Positions 8,436 to 16,796 of a stretch of DNA of 32,000 nucleotides are shown one piece after another. This stretch comes from Pseudomonas aeruginosa (GTDB lineage Bacteria > Pseudomonadota > Gammaproteobacteria > Pseudomonadales > Pseudomonadaceae). The notes under the pieces were generated by a model. The model was not told the origin of the DNA, did no database searches, and saw only the letters and a program-made list of their open reading frames with translations. A program made the position numbers and the translations under genes. Position 1 is the stretch's first letter, and every line of letters begins with the position of its first letter. The stretch covers positions 4,620,001 to 4,652,000 of the forward strand of contig NZ_LN831024.1 of NCBI RefSeq assembly GCF_001457615.1, in the 5' to 3' direction.

Positions 8436-8536
8436 GACCTTGCGCGAATGGCAACGTTGCGCCGCCGTGCCGGCGGTTGGCGCAACGCCGGGCGATTTGC
8501 GCAAGGTCTTTGTGCCGGCGGCAACGAGCGTTGCCG
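8436..8536. repeat. Nested and tandem inverted repeats, candidate structured RNA or regulatory element
   Basis: Outer arms GACCTTGCGC (8436-8445) / GCGCAAGGTC (8499-8508) enclose GTTGCGCC...GGCGCAAC (8456-8486). They are followed by CGGCAACG-AG-CGTTGCCG (8519-8536). Confidence 0.6.
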
Positions 8537-8718
8537 AATGCGCCGCGCACGGCCGCCGCCATGCGGTTTAAATCCCTCTCGTAGAACAACGCATAACGAT
8601 CCCGCCAGCGACATCTTTCACCTGCCTGAGACACCGACGACTTTCGACGCCCTGGGCAGCCTTTCGGTCCCCCGCGGACCGCTCCGCCCTCAATGGAATG
8701 ATGAATGGAGGAAAGACG

Positions 8719-10017
8719 ACCATGACCGGATCCCGGAAAACCCTGATTCTCGGATGCGCCTCCACCGGCGCCAAGTTCACCCCGCGCAACCACGCCGCCA
8801 CCGGCGACCGCCTGCTCGACAGCATCTGCACCGGCGCCACCATCCGCACCGCCCCCGGCGAACTGCTGGACGAAGCGCGCCAGCTCTACGAGATGGGTTG
8901 CCGCTACTACCACTATCACGCGCGCAACCCGCTGACCCAGGAACAGACCACCGACAACGACATCTACCAGGCGGTCAGCCGCGCCCTGCAGAACCGCTTC
9001 CCCGACCTGATGTTGAGCTTCGGCGCCAGCCGCAACGGCAGCGAGGTGCAGGAGAACATCCGCCGCTTCGGCGAGTGGGAGCGGGTCAGCCACTGCGCCA
9101 TCCCGCTGCACCTGGGCGGTGCGCACTTCGTGACGATCCAGGCGGCCATCGAATTGCAGGTGATCTGCGAGCTGGAGAAGCAAAGGCGCAAGCTCGACCT
9201 CGACTATGCCTCCAGCCCGGCCTTCCTCGCCGACCTGCGCGACTACCAGCCGTCGACGGCGCTGGAAAAGGCCGAGTTGCAGACCCACTCCACCAGCAAG
9301 GGCGCCGACTACGGGGTGACCTCGCCGATGACCCAGTTCCAGGTCTACCGCAACGCCATCCAGGCGCGCCAGAAGCTCGGCCTGTTCCACGAGGTGGAGT
9401 GGGTGCAGCACGTGCGCAGCTACGCCATGACCCGTTTCGCCGTGGAGCACCCGCGCCTGCGCCTGGGCGGTTCCGGCCAGTTGAACGTGATCCTGCTGTT
9501 CGGCTTCTCGCCACGCCTGCCGTTCCCGGAGACCTACCAGCAGTTCCGCGCGGTGATCGAGAGCGCCAAGAGCCTGGAGTACGATATCGGCGAACCCGGC
9601 GTGCGCAAGCGCAAGGTCAGCATCACGGTCGGCGCGGCGGTGATGCCGCAGCATGCCGCGCAGCACTTCCGGCCGCTCGACGTCGGCCCTCGCGCCGGCA
9701 CCCCGCTCTGCGCGGTGCGCCGGCTGGCCGCCTATGCCGCGCAGGCGGACAGCCAGGTCGACGTGCTGCGGGTCGGCATGGAGGACACGCCCTATGCGGT
9801 GGACGATGACGGCCAGGTGACGCTCAGCGACAACTGCCAGTTGCTGCGCCAGGCTCTCGACGAACTGCGCGCCAACGGCGCCGAGGCCGAGCTCGACGGC
9901 GAACGGATCTTCCAGCGCATGGGCATGGAACGCACCCTCGGCGAATACCTGTCGCTGCAGCGCCTGCATCCGCTCGGCGAAGCCAACTTCACCCTCGCAC
10001 GGGAGTTCGTCCAGTGA
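8719..10017 (+). CDS. DUF849 / beta-keto acid cleavage enzyme (BKACE)-like protein
   Basis: RYYHYHARNPLTQEQTTDNDIYQ (metal-binding HxH-like motif), FPDLMLSFGAS, ERVSHCAIPLHLG. A GGAGG precedes ATG 8719; the longest ORF starts at 8698. Confidence 0.82.
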   Translation, partial: TMTGSRKTLILGCASTGAKFTPRNHAATGDRLLDSICTGATIRTAPGELLDEARQLYEMGCRYYHYHARNPLTQEQTTDNDIYQAVSRALQNRFPDLMLSFGASRNGSEVQENIRRFGEWERVSHCAIPLHLGGAHFVTIQAAIELQVICELEKQRRKLDLDYASSPAFLADLRDYQPSTALEKAELQTHSTSKGADYGVTSPMTQFQVYRNAIQARQKLGLFHEVEWVQHVRSYAMTRFAVEHPRLRLGGSGQLNVILLFGFSPRLPFPETYQQFRAVIESAKSLEYDIGEPGVRKRKVSITVGAAVMPQHAAQHFRPLDVGPRAGTPLCAVRRLAAYAAQADSQVDVLRVGMEDTPYAVDDDGQVTLSDNCQLLRQALDELRANGAEAELDGERIFQRMGMERTLGEYLSLQRLHPLGEANFTLAREFVQ

Positions 10018-11261
10018 CCGCCGCCCTCGCCCCGAACCCCACCCAGCGCTACCGCTGGGTCATCCTGCTGATCGCCACCTTCGCCCAGGCCTGCGCCTGC
10101 TTCTTCGTCCAGGGCATCGGCGCGATCGCCGTGTTCATCCAGAACGACCTGCAACTCTCGTCGCTACAGATCGGCCTGCTGGTGTCGGCGGCGCAGCTGG
10201 TGCCGATCGTCGGCCTGCTGGTGGCCGGCGAGCTGCTCGACCGCTACTCCGAGCGGCTGGTGGTCGGCCTCGGCACGCTGATCGTCGCGCTGGCCCTCTG
10301 CGCCTCGCTGTGGGCCACCGACTACCTGACCATCCTGCTGTTCCTGGTGGTCGTCGGCGCCGGCTACAGCACGGCGCAGCCGGGCGGCAGCAAGTCGGTG
10401 TCACGCTGGTTCGCCAAGACCCAGCTGGGCTTCGCCATGGGCATCCGCCAGGCCGGGCTGCCGCTGGGCGGCGCGCTGTCCGCCGCGCTGCTGCCGTACC
10501 TGGCGGGGATCTACGGCTGGCGCAGCGCATTCCTCGCCGGCGGCCTGGTAGCGTTCCTCGGCGCGCTGGCCTTCATGCTCTTCTACCGCACCCCGCCGGA
10601 CGCCCCCGCGCCCGGCGCGAACCCCGCCGAACGCGACCTGGGCGCGGTGGTGAAGTCGCGGCTGGCGATGATCACCGATCCAGCGATGAAGAACATCGTC
10701 TGTTCCGGGGTGGCGCTGATCTCGGTGCAGTACGGCATCCTGGTGTTCACCGTGCTCTACCTGCACGAGACCCTGGAGATCGGCATCGGCATGGCCGCGA
10801 CCCTGCTGTTCGTCGCCCAGGGCAGCGGCGTCGCCGGGCGCATCCTGCTGGCCGCCTGGAGCGACCGCTGCCGCGCCGGGCGCTACTTCCCGGTGATGGT
10901 CTGCCTCGGCGCGGTGATCCTCGGCCTGCTGGCGCTGGTCCTGCTGCCCCTGCAATCGCCGTTGGGGATGGGCCTGGTAGTGGCCTGGCTGGGCTTCTTC
11001 GGCTTCGGCTGGTACGGTCCCTGGGTGGCCTATGTGGCGGATACCGCGCCGGTCGGCAAGACCGGCTTCGCCCTCGGCCTGGCGATGGCCATCAACCAGT
11101 TGGCGATCGTTCTCGCGCCGCCGGCGCTGGGGCTGCTCAAGGACTTCAGCCACAGCTTCGTCCCCGGCTGGCTGGCGCTCTGCCTGATGGCGGCGGTAGC
11201 CCTTGTGGTCACCGCCTGGAGCGGCCGCGGCCTGCCCACCGCGCTGCCACAGAAGCACTGA
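10014..11261 (+). CDS. MFS transporter
   Basis: 415 aa polytopic protein; AYSTAQPGGSKSVSRWFAKTQLGFAMGIRQAGLPLGGALSAALLPYLA; GTGA overlap with the BKACE gene. Confidence 0.93.
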   Translation: MTAALAPNPTQRYRWVILLIATFAQACACFFVQGIGAIAVFIQNDLQLSSLQIGLLVSAAQLVPIVGLLVAGELLDRYSERLVVGLGTLIVALALCASLWATDYLTILLFLVVVGAGYSTAQPGGSKSVSRWFAKTQLGFAMGIRQAGLPLGGALSAALLPYLAGIYGWRSAFLAGGLVAFLGALAFMLFYRTPPDAPAPGANPAERDLGAVVKSRLAMITDPAMKNIVCSGVALISVQYGILVFTVLYLHETLEIGIGMAATLLFVAQGSGVAGRILLAAWSDRCRAGRYFPVMVCLGAVILGLLALVLLPLQSPLGMGLVVAWLGFFGFGWYGPWVAYVADTAPVGKTGFALGLAMAINQLAIVLAPPALGLLKDFSHSFVPGWLALCLMAAVALVVTAWSGRGLPTALPQKH

Positions 11262-11291
11262 AGCGATGACGGCCACGGCCGAGGAGGCACG

Positions 11292-11993
11292 ATGCGCGCG
11301 ATCCTGTTCGATGTGTTCGGTACCCTGGTGGACTGGCGTTCCAGCCTGATCGAGCAGTTCCAGGCGTTGGAGCGCGAACTCGGCGGGACCCTGCCCTGCG
11401 TGGAACTGACCGACCGCTGGCGCCAGCAATACAAGCCGGCGATGGACCGGGTACGCAACGGCCAGGCGCCCTGGCAGCACCTCGACCAGTTGCACCGGCA
11501 GAGTCTCGAGGCCCTGGCCGGAGAGTTCGGCCTGGCGCTGGACGAGGCCCTGCTGCAACGCATCACTGGCTTCTGGCACCGCCTGCGGCCGTGGCCGGAC
11601 ACGCTCGCCGGGATGCACGCGCTGAAGGCCGACTACTGGCTCGCCGCGCTGAGCAACGGCAACACCGCGCTGATGCTCGACGTCGCGCGGCACGCCGGGC
11701 TGCCCTGGGACATGCTGCTGTGCGCCGACCTGTTCGGCCACTACAAGCCCGACCCGCAGGTCTACCTCGGCGCCTGCCGCCTGCTCGACCTGCCGCCGCA
11801 GGAGGTGATGCTCTGCGCGGCGCACAACTACGACCTCAAGGCCGCGCGCGCCCTCGGCCTGAAGACCGCGTTCATCGCCCGGCCGCTGGAATACGGCCCC
11901 GGCCAGACCCAGGACCTCGCCGCCGAGCAGGACTGGGACCTGATCGCCAGCGACCTGCCGGACCTGCACCGGCAACTGGCGGCCTCGGCCTGA
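11292..11993 (+). CDS. HAD superfamily type II hydrolase (2-haloacid dehalogenase-like)
   Basis: [23 protein letters not shown]...[79 protein letters not shown]. Confidence 0.93.
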   Translation: MRAILFDVFGTLVDWRSSLIEQFQALERELGGTLPCVELTDRWRQQYKPAMDRVRNGQAPWQHLDQLHRQSLEALAGEFGLALDEALLQRITGFWHRLRPWPDTLAGMHALKADYWLAALSNGNTALMLDVARHAGLPWDMLLCADLFGHYKPDPQVYLGACRLLDLPPQEVMLCAAHNYDLKAARALGLKTAFIARPLEYGPGQTQDLAAEQDWDLIASDLPDLHRQLAASA

Positions 11994-12099
11994 CCGACTT
12001 CCTCCTTCCTGCCCCCTGAACCGCTCGCCCAACCCGCGCGCCACGGCGCGCCGGGAAAGGCGCGCGCAGCGCCGGCACGCGTCCGGCAGGAGCTTCGTC

Positions 12100-13416
12100 A
12101 TGTCCGCGAAGGATACCCCGGCCCCCCAGGCCGCCGAGCCCGGTCGCGCCCAGCCGGTCGAAGTCCCCAGCGGCGGCCACTGGTGGCGCCGCCTGCTGGC
12201 CTTCGCCGGCCCCGGCTACCTGGTCGCGGTGGGCTACATGGACCCGGGCAACTGGGCCACCGACGTCGCCGGCGGCGCGCAACTGGGCTACCTGCTGCTC
12301 TCGGTAATCCTGCTCTCCAGCCTGATGGCGATGCTGCTGCAGGCGCTGTCCGCGCGCCTGGGCATCGCCAGCGGCCTGGACCTGGCCCAGGCCTGCCGCG
12401 AACGCTACTCGCCGAGCACCTGCCGCCTGCTGTGGCTGGCCTGCGAGACGGCGATCATCGCCTGCGACCTGGCCGAGGTGATCGGCACCGCCATCGCCCT
12501 GAAGCTGCTGTTCGGCCTGCCGCTGGCCTGGGGCGCGTTGCTCTGCGTGGGCGACGCGCTGCTGGTGCTGGTCCTGATCGGACGTGGCCAGCGGCCGCTG
12601 GAGGCCTTCGTGGTGGCGTTGCTGACACTGATCTTCGCCTGCTTCGCGGTACAGTTGCTGCTCTCGCGTCCCGAACTCGGCGAGGTGCTCCAAGGGTTCT
12701 TGCCGAGCCCGCGGGTGCTCAGCGACCCGGCTGCCCTGTACCTGGCGATCGGCATCGTCGGCGCGACCGTCATGCCGCACAACCTCTACCTGCATTCCTC
12801 GCTGGTGCAGAGCCGCGCCTACCCGCGCAGCCTTGCCGGCAAGCGCCAGGCGCTGCGCTGGGCGGTGGCCGACAGCAGCCTGGCGCTGACCCTGGCGCTG
12901 CTGGTCAACGCGGCGATTCTGATCGTCGCCGCCAGCGTGTTCCACCGCAACGGGCACACCGAGGTGGTCGATATCGAGCAGGCCCACGCGCTGCTCTCGC
13001 CATTGCTCGGCCTGGAACTCGCCTCGCTGCTGTTCGCCGTGGCGCTGCTCGCGTCCGGCCTCAACTCGACGGTCACCACCACCCTGGCCGGGCAGATCGT
13101 CATGGAGGGCTTCCTCCGCCTGCGCCTGGCGCCCTGGGCGCGGCGCCTGCTGACCCGGGGCGTCGCAGTGCTGCCGGTGCTGCTGGTGACCCTGCTCTAC
13201 GGCGAGGACGGCACCGCGCGGCTGCTGATCTTCAGCCAGGTGATCCTGTCGATGCAGTTGCCGCTGGCAGTGATCCCGCTACTACAGTTCGTTTCCGACC
13301 GGCGCCTGATGGGCCCGCTGGCGATCGGCGCCGGGACCCGGTGGCTGGCCTGGGCGGTAGCGCTGGCGATCGTCGGCCTGAACCTGCAACTGCTGGCCGA
13401 CTTCGCGTTCGGCTGA
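12100..13416 (+). CDS. mntH: Nramp family divalent metal (Mn2+/Fe2+) transporter
   Basis: [56 protein letters not shown] and [19 protein letters not shown] are Nramp DPGN and MPHN signatures. Confidence 0.95.
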   Translation: MSAKDTPAPQAAEPGRAQPVEVPSGGHWWRRLLAFAGPGYLVAVGYMDPGNWATDVAGGAQLGYLLLSVILLSSLMAMLLQALSARLGIASGLDLAQACRERYSPSTCRLLWLACETAIIACDLAEVIGTAIALKLLFGLPLAWGALLCVGDALLVLVLIGRGQRPLEAFVVALLTLIFACFAVQLLLSRPELGEVLQGFLPSPRVLSDPAALYLAIGIVGATVMPHNLYLHSSLVQSRAYPRSLAGKRQALRWAVADSSLALTLALLVNAAILIVAASVFHRNGHTEVVDIEQAHALLSPLLGLELASLLFAVALLASGLNSTVTTTLAGQIVMEGFLRLRLAPWARRLLTRGVAVLPVLLVTLLYGEDGTARLLIFSQVILSMQLPLAVIPLLQFVSDRRLMGPLAIGAGTRWLAWAVALAIVGLNLQLLADFAFG

Positions 13417-13467
13417 GCATTGCCTGAGGGCACGCTGCGCGGTGCGGGACGCGCACTCAGGCAATGC

Positions 13468-13941
13468 TCAGCCATCGAGACCGCGGGGAAAACGGTCGGC
13501 CACCAGGTTCAAGGCGATGCCGTGCTCCAGGCAGGCCTTGAGCCCGGCCAGCACCAGGGTGAAACCTTCGGTGGCGTCTACCACCCGCGGGATGACCTCT
13601 TCCGGGGTGCCGACGAAACCGCTGTTGCGGATGCTGACGAAGGTCCCGGCGCCGGGCAGTTCCTCGAACAGCCACTCCACCTGGGAAGGATTGCTGTCGC
13701 CATTCGGCCATTCGATGAGGATGCGGCGGTTCGTTTGCAGGTCTTTCACTTCGATTTCCTGGGAAACCCCGTACATGTCCCAGTGCCAGCGCAGCCGTTT
13801 CCCGGCTTCGAGGCGGGCATCGCCGCGGCTGAACCAGAACCTGGCGGTGATGGCCGGATCGACGAAGGCTTCGAAGACCTCGGCGATGGGGCGGCGGATC
13901 AGCATTTCCGCCTTGGCGACGACCTGTGCGACGGCAGTCAT
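13468..13941 (-). CDS. SRPBCC/AHSA1 (START-like) domain protein; reported immunity partner candidate for AmpDh3 (PA0808-type)
   Basis: AEMLIRRPIAEVFEAFVDPAITARFWFSRGDARLEAGKRLRWHWDMYG...VEWLFEELPGAGTFVSIRNSGF. Lies 68 bp downstream of ampDh3 on the same strand. Confidence 0.85.
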   Translation of the reverse strand: MTAVAQVVAKAEMLIRRPIAEVFEAFVDPAITARFWFSRGDARLEAGKRLRWHWDMYGVSQEIEVKDLQTNRRILIEWPNGDSNPSQVEWLFEELPGAGTFVSIRNSGFVGTPEEVIPRVVDATEGFTLVLAGLKACLEHGIALNLVADRFPRGLDG

Positions 13942-14009
13942 GGCAAGTCCTCCATGGGGGTGGGCAAGGGAGCGGCCGCCGCATCGGGCGGCCGCTCGCG
14001 GTTAATGGC

Positions 14010-14777
14010 TCAGGCCGGGTATTTCTCGTTCAGAGCGTAGAGGATCGCCGCCGTCTCCACATCCAGCGCGCCGTCGTAGTTCTCCGGGCGGAAATGCATC
14101 TGGAAGGCGCGCAGCAGGCTGGTGAAGTAGGCATCGTCGACCGTCGCCGGCAGCGCATAGCCGTACAGGCGGAACGCCTCCAGCAGGTCGGCGCGCGGCG
14201 GCAGGCCGTCGCGCTCGAAGCCTTCGCGATAGCGATCGCGGGTGGCGTCGTCGTACCAGGCGCCGATACCGGCCTCGTAGAGTTCCTTCCAGGGCAGCTT
14301 CGGCCCCGGGTCGGACTTGCGCCCGACGGCGATGTCGGAGTGGCCGACCACGTTCTTCGGGGTCATGTCCGGGTAGCGCTGCAGGATGTTCTTCGCCAGT
14401 TGCTTGAGTGCGTTGATCTGCGAGCGCTCGTAGTCGGGGAAGGTGAACACGCCGTCGTCGTCGCGGGCGAGGTTGACGATCTCGATGCCGATGGAGGTGT
14501 CGTTGAGGTTGTCGCGGCGCGCCCAGCCGCTGACGCCGGCGTGCCAGGCGCGGTCTTCCTCGGCGACCAGGTTGAAGATGCGCTGGCCCTTGAAGCCGGC
14601 GGCCTTGTAGCTGGGGTCATGCGGCGCCGGGATCAGGTAGTGGGCACTGGCGGCGCCGGTGGTCAGCGCCTTGACCGAGGCGGCGAAGTCGAGCGCGGTG
14701 TAGTGCAGCACCAGGAAGCGCACGCGTTTGCCGTAGGGGGTAGTGGTGCGATAGCTGTTGTAGTCGATGGTCAGCAT
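14010..14777 (-). CDS. ampDh3: N-acetylmuramoyl-L-alanine amidase AmpDh3 (Amidase_2 fold)
   Basis: MLTIDYNSYRTTTPYGKRVRFLVLHYTALDFAASVKALTTGAASAHYLIP...RAWHAGVSGWARRDNLNDTSIGIEIVN...NVVGHSDIAVGRKSDPGPKLPW. Upstream AAAGG; an alternative GTG start lies at 14786. Confidence 0.92.
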   Translation of the reverse strand: MLTIDYNSYRTTTPYGKRVRFLVLHYTALDFAASVKALTTGAASAHYLIPAPHDPSYKAAGFKGQRIFNLVAEEDRAWHAGVSGWARRDNLNDTSIGIEIVNLARDDDGVFTFPDYERSQINALKQLAKNILQRYPDMTPKNVVGHSDIAVGRKSDPGPKLPWKELYEAGIGAWYDDATRDRYREGFERDGLPPRADLLEAFRLYGYALPATVDDAYFTSLLRAFQMHFRPENYDGALDVETAAILYALNEKYPA

Positions 14778-14919
14778 GGTTTTCACCTTTTTGCGGATGA
14801 TGGAAAGCCCCCGGCCACAGGCTCGCCTGTAGCTAGGGACGTCGATGCAGCGATGAGGTTCAGGGGCCGGCCAAGGAAACGCGGACCCCGTCTAAACCGG
14901 AAGGAAGAAGACCGGGCAT

Positions 14920-14944
14920 AAAAAAGCCCGGCACGCGGCCGGGC
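14920..14944 (-). terminator. Rho-independent terminator on the minus strand
   Basis: GCCCGGC-CGCGT-GCCGGGC followed by TTTTTT in the minus-strand direction. Confidence 0.85.
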
Positions 14945-15138
14945 AAAAGGGATACACCAAAGGCAAGCCCCAGCGAACTGGGGGTGCGGGGGCTCACCGA
15001 GGCCACTGAACGATGGCGTTATGACAGCACCCGGCACAACCGAACTTTAAGTTGGCCGGACGCCGTGCGGGCGCACCCCAGAGCCTTTCGCACCGGTCGC
15101 CGCCCGCTGCGTCCGGTTGCGCGGCGGGCAGAAACGAC

Positions 15139-15164
15139 GAAGCCCGGCGCTGGGGCCGGGCTTC
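15139..15164. repeat. Strong intergenic hairpin
   Basis: GAAGCCCGGC-GCTGGG-GCCGGGCTTC, perfect 10-bp stem, without a clear T-tract on either side. Confidence 0.7.
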
Positions 15165-15403
15165 GAGGGCGACCACGGGAAACGTGATCATGGGAAAAAA
15201 CTACCGCGAGCGTCCCGCCGCGTGCAACACCGTTCGTCCGTTGGCCGCTCTACTTTGCACTTCTTCACAAAGTTCACCAATAGCCATACAGACCCTCGAC
15301 AGAGTGACTACTACTCTATCCACGCCAGGTCCGATTGCTCCTCCATCTCCTGGCATTCCCGGCCACTGTCCACCCCCGCACAGTGGCTTTTTTTCGCCTG
15401 CGC

Positions 15404-15799
15404 CTAGCGTCGTGCCAGCGGCGCCTCGTCCCGCGCCAGCATCAGCGCCAGGATGCAGCCGAGGAGGAACGCCTGCAGCGCCAGGCGAGCGGCCAGCAGC
15501 GTCGGCGGGAAGGATGGGAACAGGTCGGGGTGCTGCCACATGTAGAGGTTGGCCGGGGTCACGCAGAGGGTCAGGATGAACAGCCCGCACGCCGCCAGCC
15601 GGCGCCATGCCGGCACCAGCAGGGCGCCGGCGCCGAGCAGTTCGAAGACCCCGCTGACCCACACCGCCGCCAGCGGCCAGGGCACGTAGGGCGGGACGAT
15701 GCCGACGAAGAAATCGGTGAAGACGAAGTGGCCCAGCCCACCCAGCAGGAACCAGGCGGACACGAAGGCCAGGAGCAGCGTGCGAGCGGGCGACGGCAT
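15404..15799 (-). CDS. DoxX-like small integral membrane protein
   Basis: 131 aa, four hydrophobic segments; VSGVFELLGAGALLVPAWRRLAACGLFILTLCVTPANLYMWQHPDLFP. Confidence 0.78.
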   Translation of the reverse strand: MPSPARTLLLAFVSAWFLLGGLGHFVFTDFFVGIVPPYVPWPLAAVWVSGVFELLGAGALLVPAWRRLAACGLFILTLCVTPANLYMWQHPDLFPSFPPTLLAARLALQAFLLGCILALMLARDEAPLARR

Positions 15800-16359
15800 G
15801 GATAACCTCGGCGCGGCGATGGAACGGCAATCCTGCCACGCACCGCCGACGCCAGGCCCATAACCTTTGCCCGGTTGGCAGGCGTCCGCCGAAACAAATG
15901 CTCAAACATTCCCGCCGCCGGGGCGACATCTGCTCAAAAAATGTCCTGGCCTTTCTTCGTCGAAAGACATACAATCCGGGACTGCGTACCAAACTGAAAG
16001 TCAATCAGGCTTTACCCCAAGACCGGGCCCACAGATGAAAAGGGCTCTACCATCAGGGTTACAGCCTTCCGATGGTTCTTCGGTCGCCACTCTTCTGAAG
16101 CAATCCCCTGCCAAGCAGGGCCGATGGGAAGACCGGCGTCCCGCAATACCACCCGCAGATTGATCAGGATCCTGGCCTGGAAACTTTCCTGCCAATCGAT
16201 CCTCTGATTAGTACCTGAACTGCCAGCTTGCTCTTTTCGAAAAAAGCCGGCATAACCAGTACGTTCCCCCGACACAAAGCTTTCTTGGCACTGTCACGGA
16301 GCGGGAACATTTGCAATATACGCTGCTCCATAAGCGTGAAAGTAAAGGAACATAAGAAT

Positions 16360-16587
16360 ATGTCTATTCAACATCGTACTCAGGATGCAATTCGCACCCT
16401 AACCGCCGCATTTGCGCCGTTCGACTGCCTGATCCAGGCAACTCGTAAAGGAAACTTCAGTTTCACCATCGTTGACCAGCATGGCGTGGCCTGCCACAGC
16501 GAGCGCCTGTATCCGGAGCAGTACGACGACTCCGGCAAAATGGAAGAAGTGATCAATCGAGTTCGCAAGAAAACACTGGCTGCCTGA
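16360..16587 (+). CDS. Small hypothetical protein (possibly DUF1652-like)
   Basis: 75 aa MSIQHRTQDAIRTLTAAFAPFDCLIQATRKGNFSFTIVDQHGVACHSERLYPEQYDDSGKMEEVINRVRKKTLAA, with AAAGGAACA before the ATG and a terminator just after. Confidence 0.78.
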   Translation: MSIQHRTQDAIRTLTAAFAPFDCLIQATRKGNFSFTIVDQHGVACHSERLYPEQYDDSGKMEEVINRVRKKTLAA

Positions 16588-16616
16588 ATCATGCAAGCAT
16601 CAGCGCGAATGCAAGG

Positions 16617-16645
16617 AAAAGCCCCGTCCCCGACGGGGCTTTTTT
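16617..16645 (+). terminator. Rho-independent terminator
   Basis: AAAAGCCCCGTC-CCC-GACGGGGCTTTTTT, 29 nt after the small ORF stop. Confidence 0.95.
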
Positions 16646-16796
16646 GTGGGACAGCGAAAAGTACAGGTTAAGTTGAAGAAAGTTCCCACGCAGGAAATAA
16701 ATACTTACTTATTCCTTTTTAAATATTTCCTCGCCAACTTCGTCATATTCCCGCGGCCAGGGGAAACAAGCGCAGGCCGTTTCTCCCGTACTCCAC

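Noticed and set aside
7012-9969. 985-codon minus-strand ORF
   Set aside because: It runs antisense across the well-supported RidA, aminotransferase and BKACE genes, has low-complexity shadow composition (repeated QAQ/VEL/RRH) and no domain signature; a typical high-GC shadow ORF.
12001-12099. Mn2+ riboswitch (yybP-ykoY type) ahead of the Nramp gene
   Set aside because: The gap is only about 100 nt of very GC-rich sequence; I could not match the conserved yybP-ykoY core.
10401-12101. 566-codon minus-strand ORF
   Set aside because: Antisense to the MFS and HAD genes; Gln/Arg/Val-rich shadow composition.
15139-15164. GAAGCCCGGC/GCCGGGCTTC as a terminator
   Set aside because: No T-tract on either side; kept only as a hairpin within a candidate structured region.
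15052-15579. 175-codon plus-strand ORF over the hairpin region and the DoxX 3' end
   Set aside because: Arg/Pro/Gly-rich, contains strong hairpins and overlaps a better supported gene; no domain recognised.
16276-16312. Sigma-54 promoter (TGGCAC...) upstream of the 75-aa gene
   Set aside because: TGGCAC is present but the required -12 TTGC at correct spacing is not.
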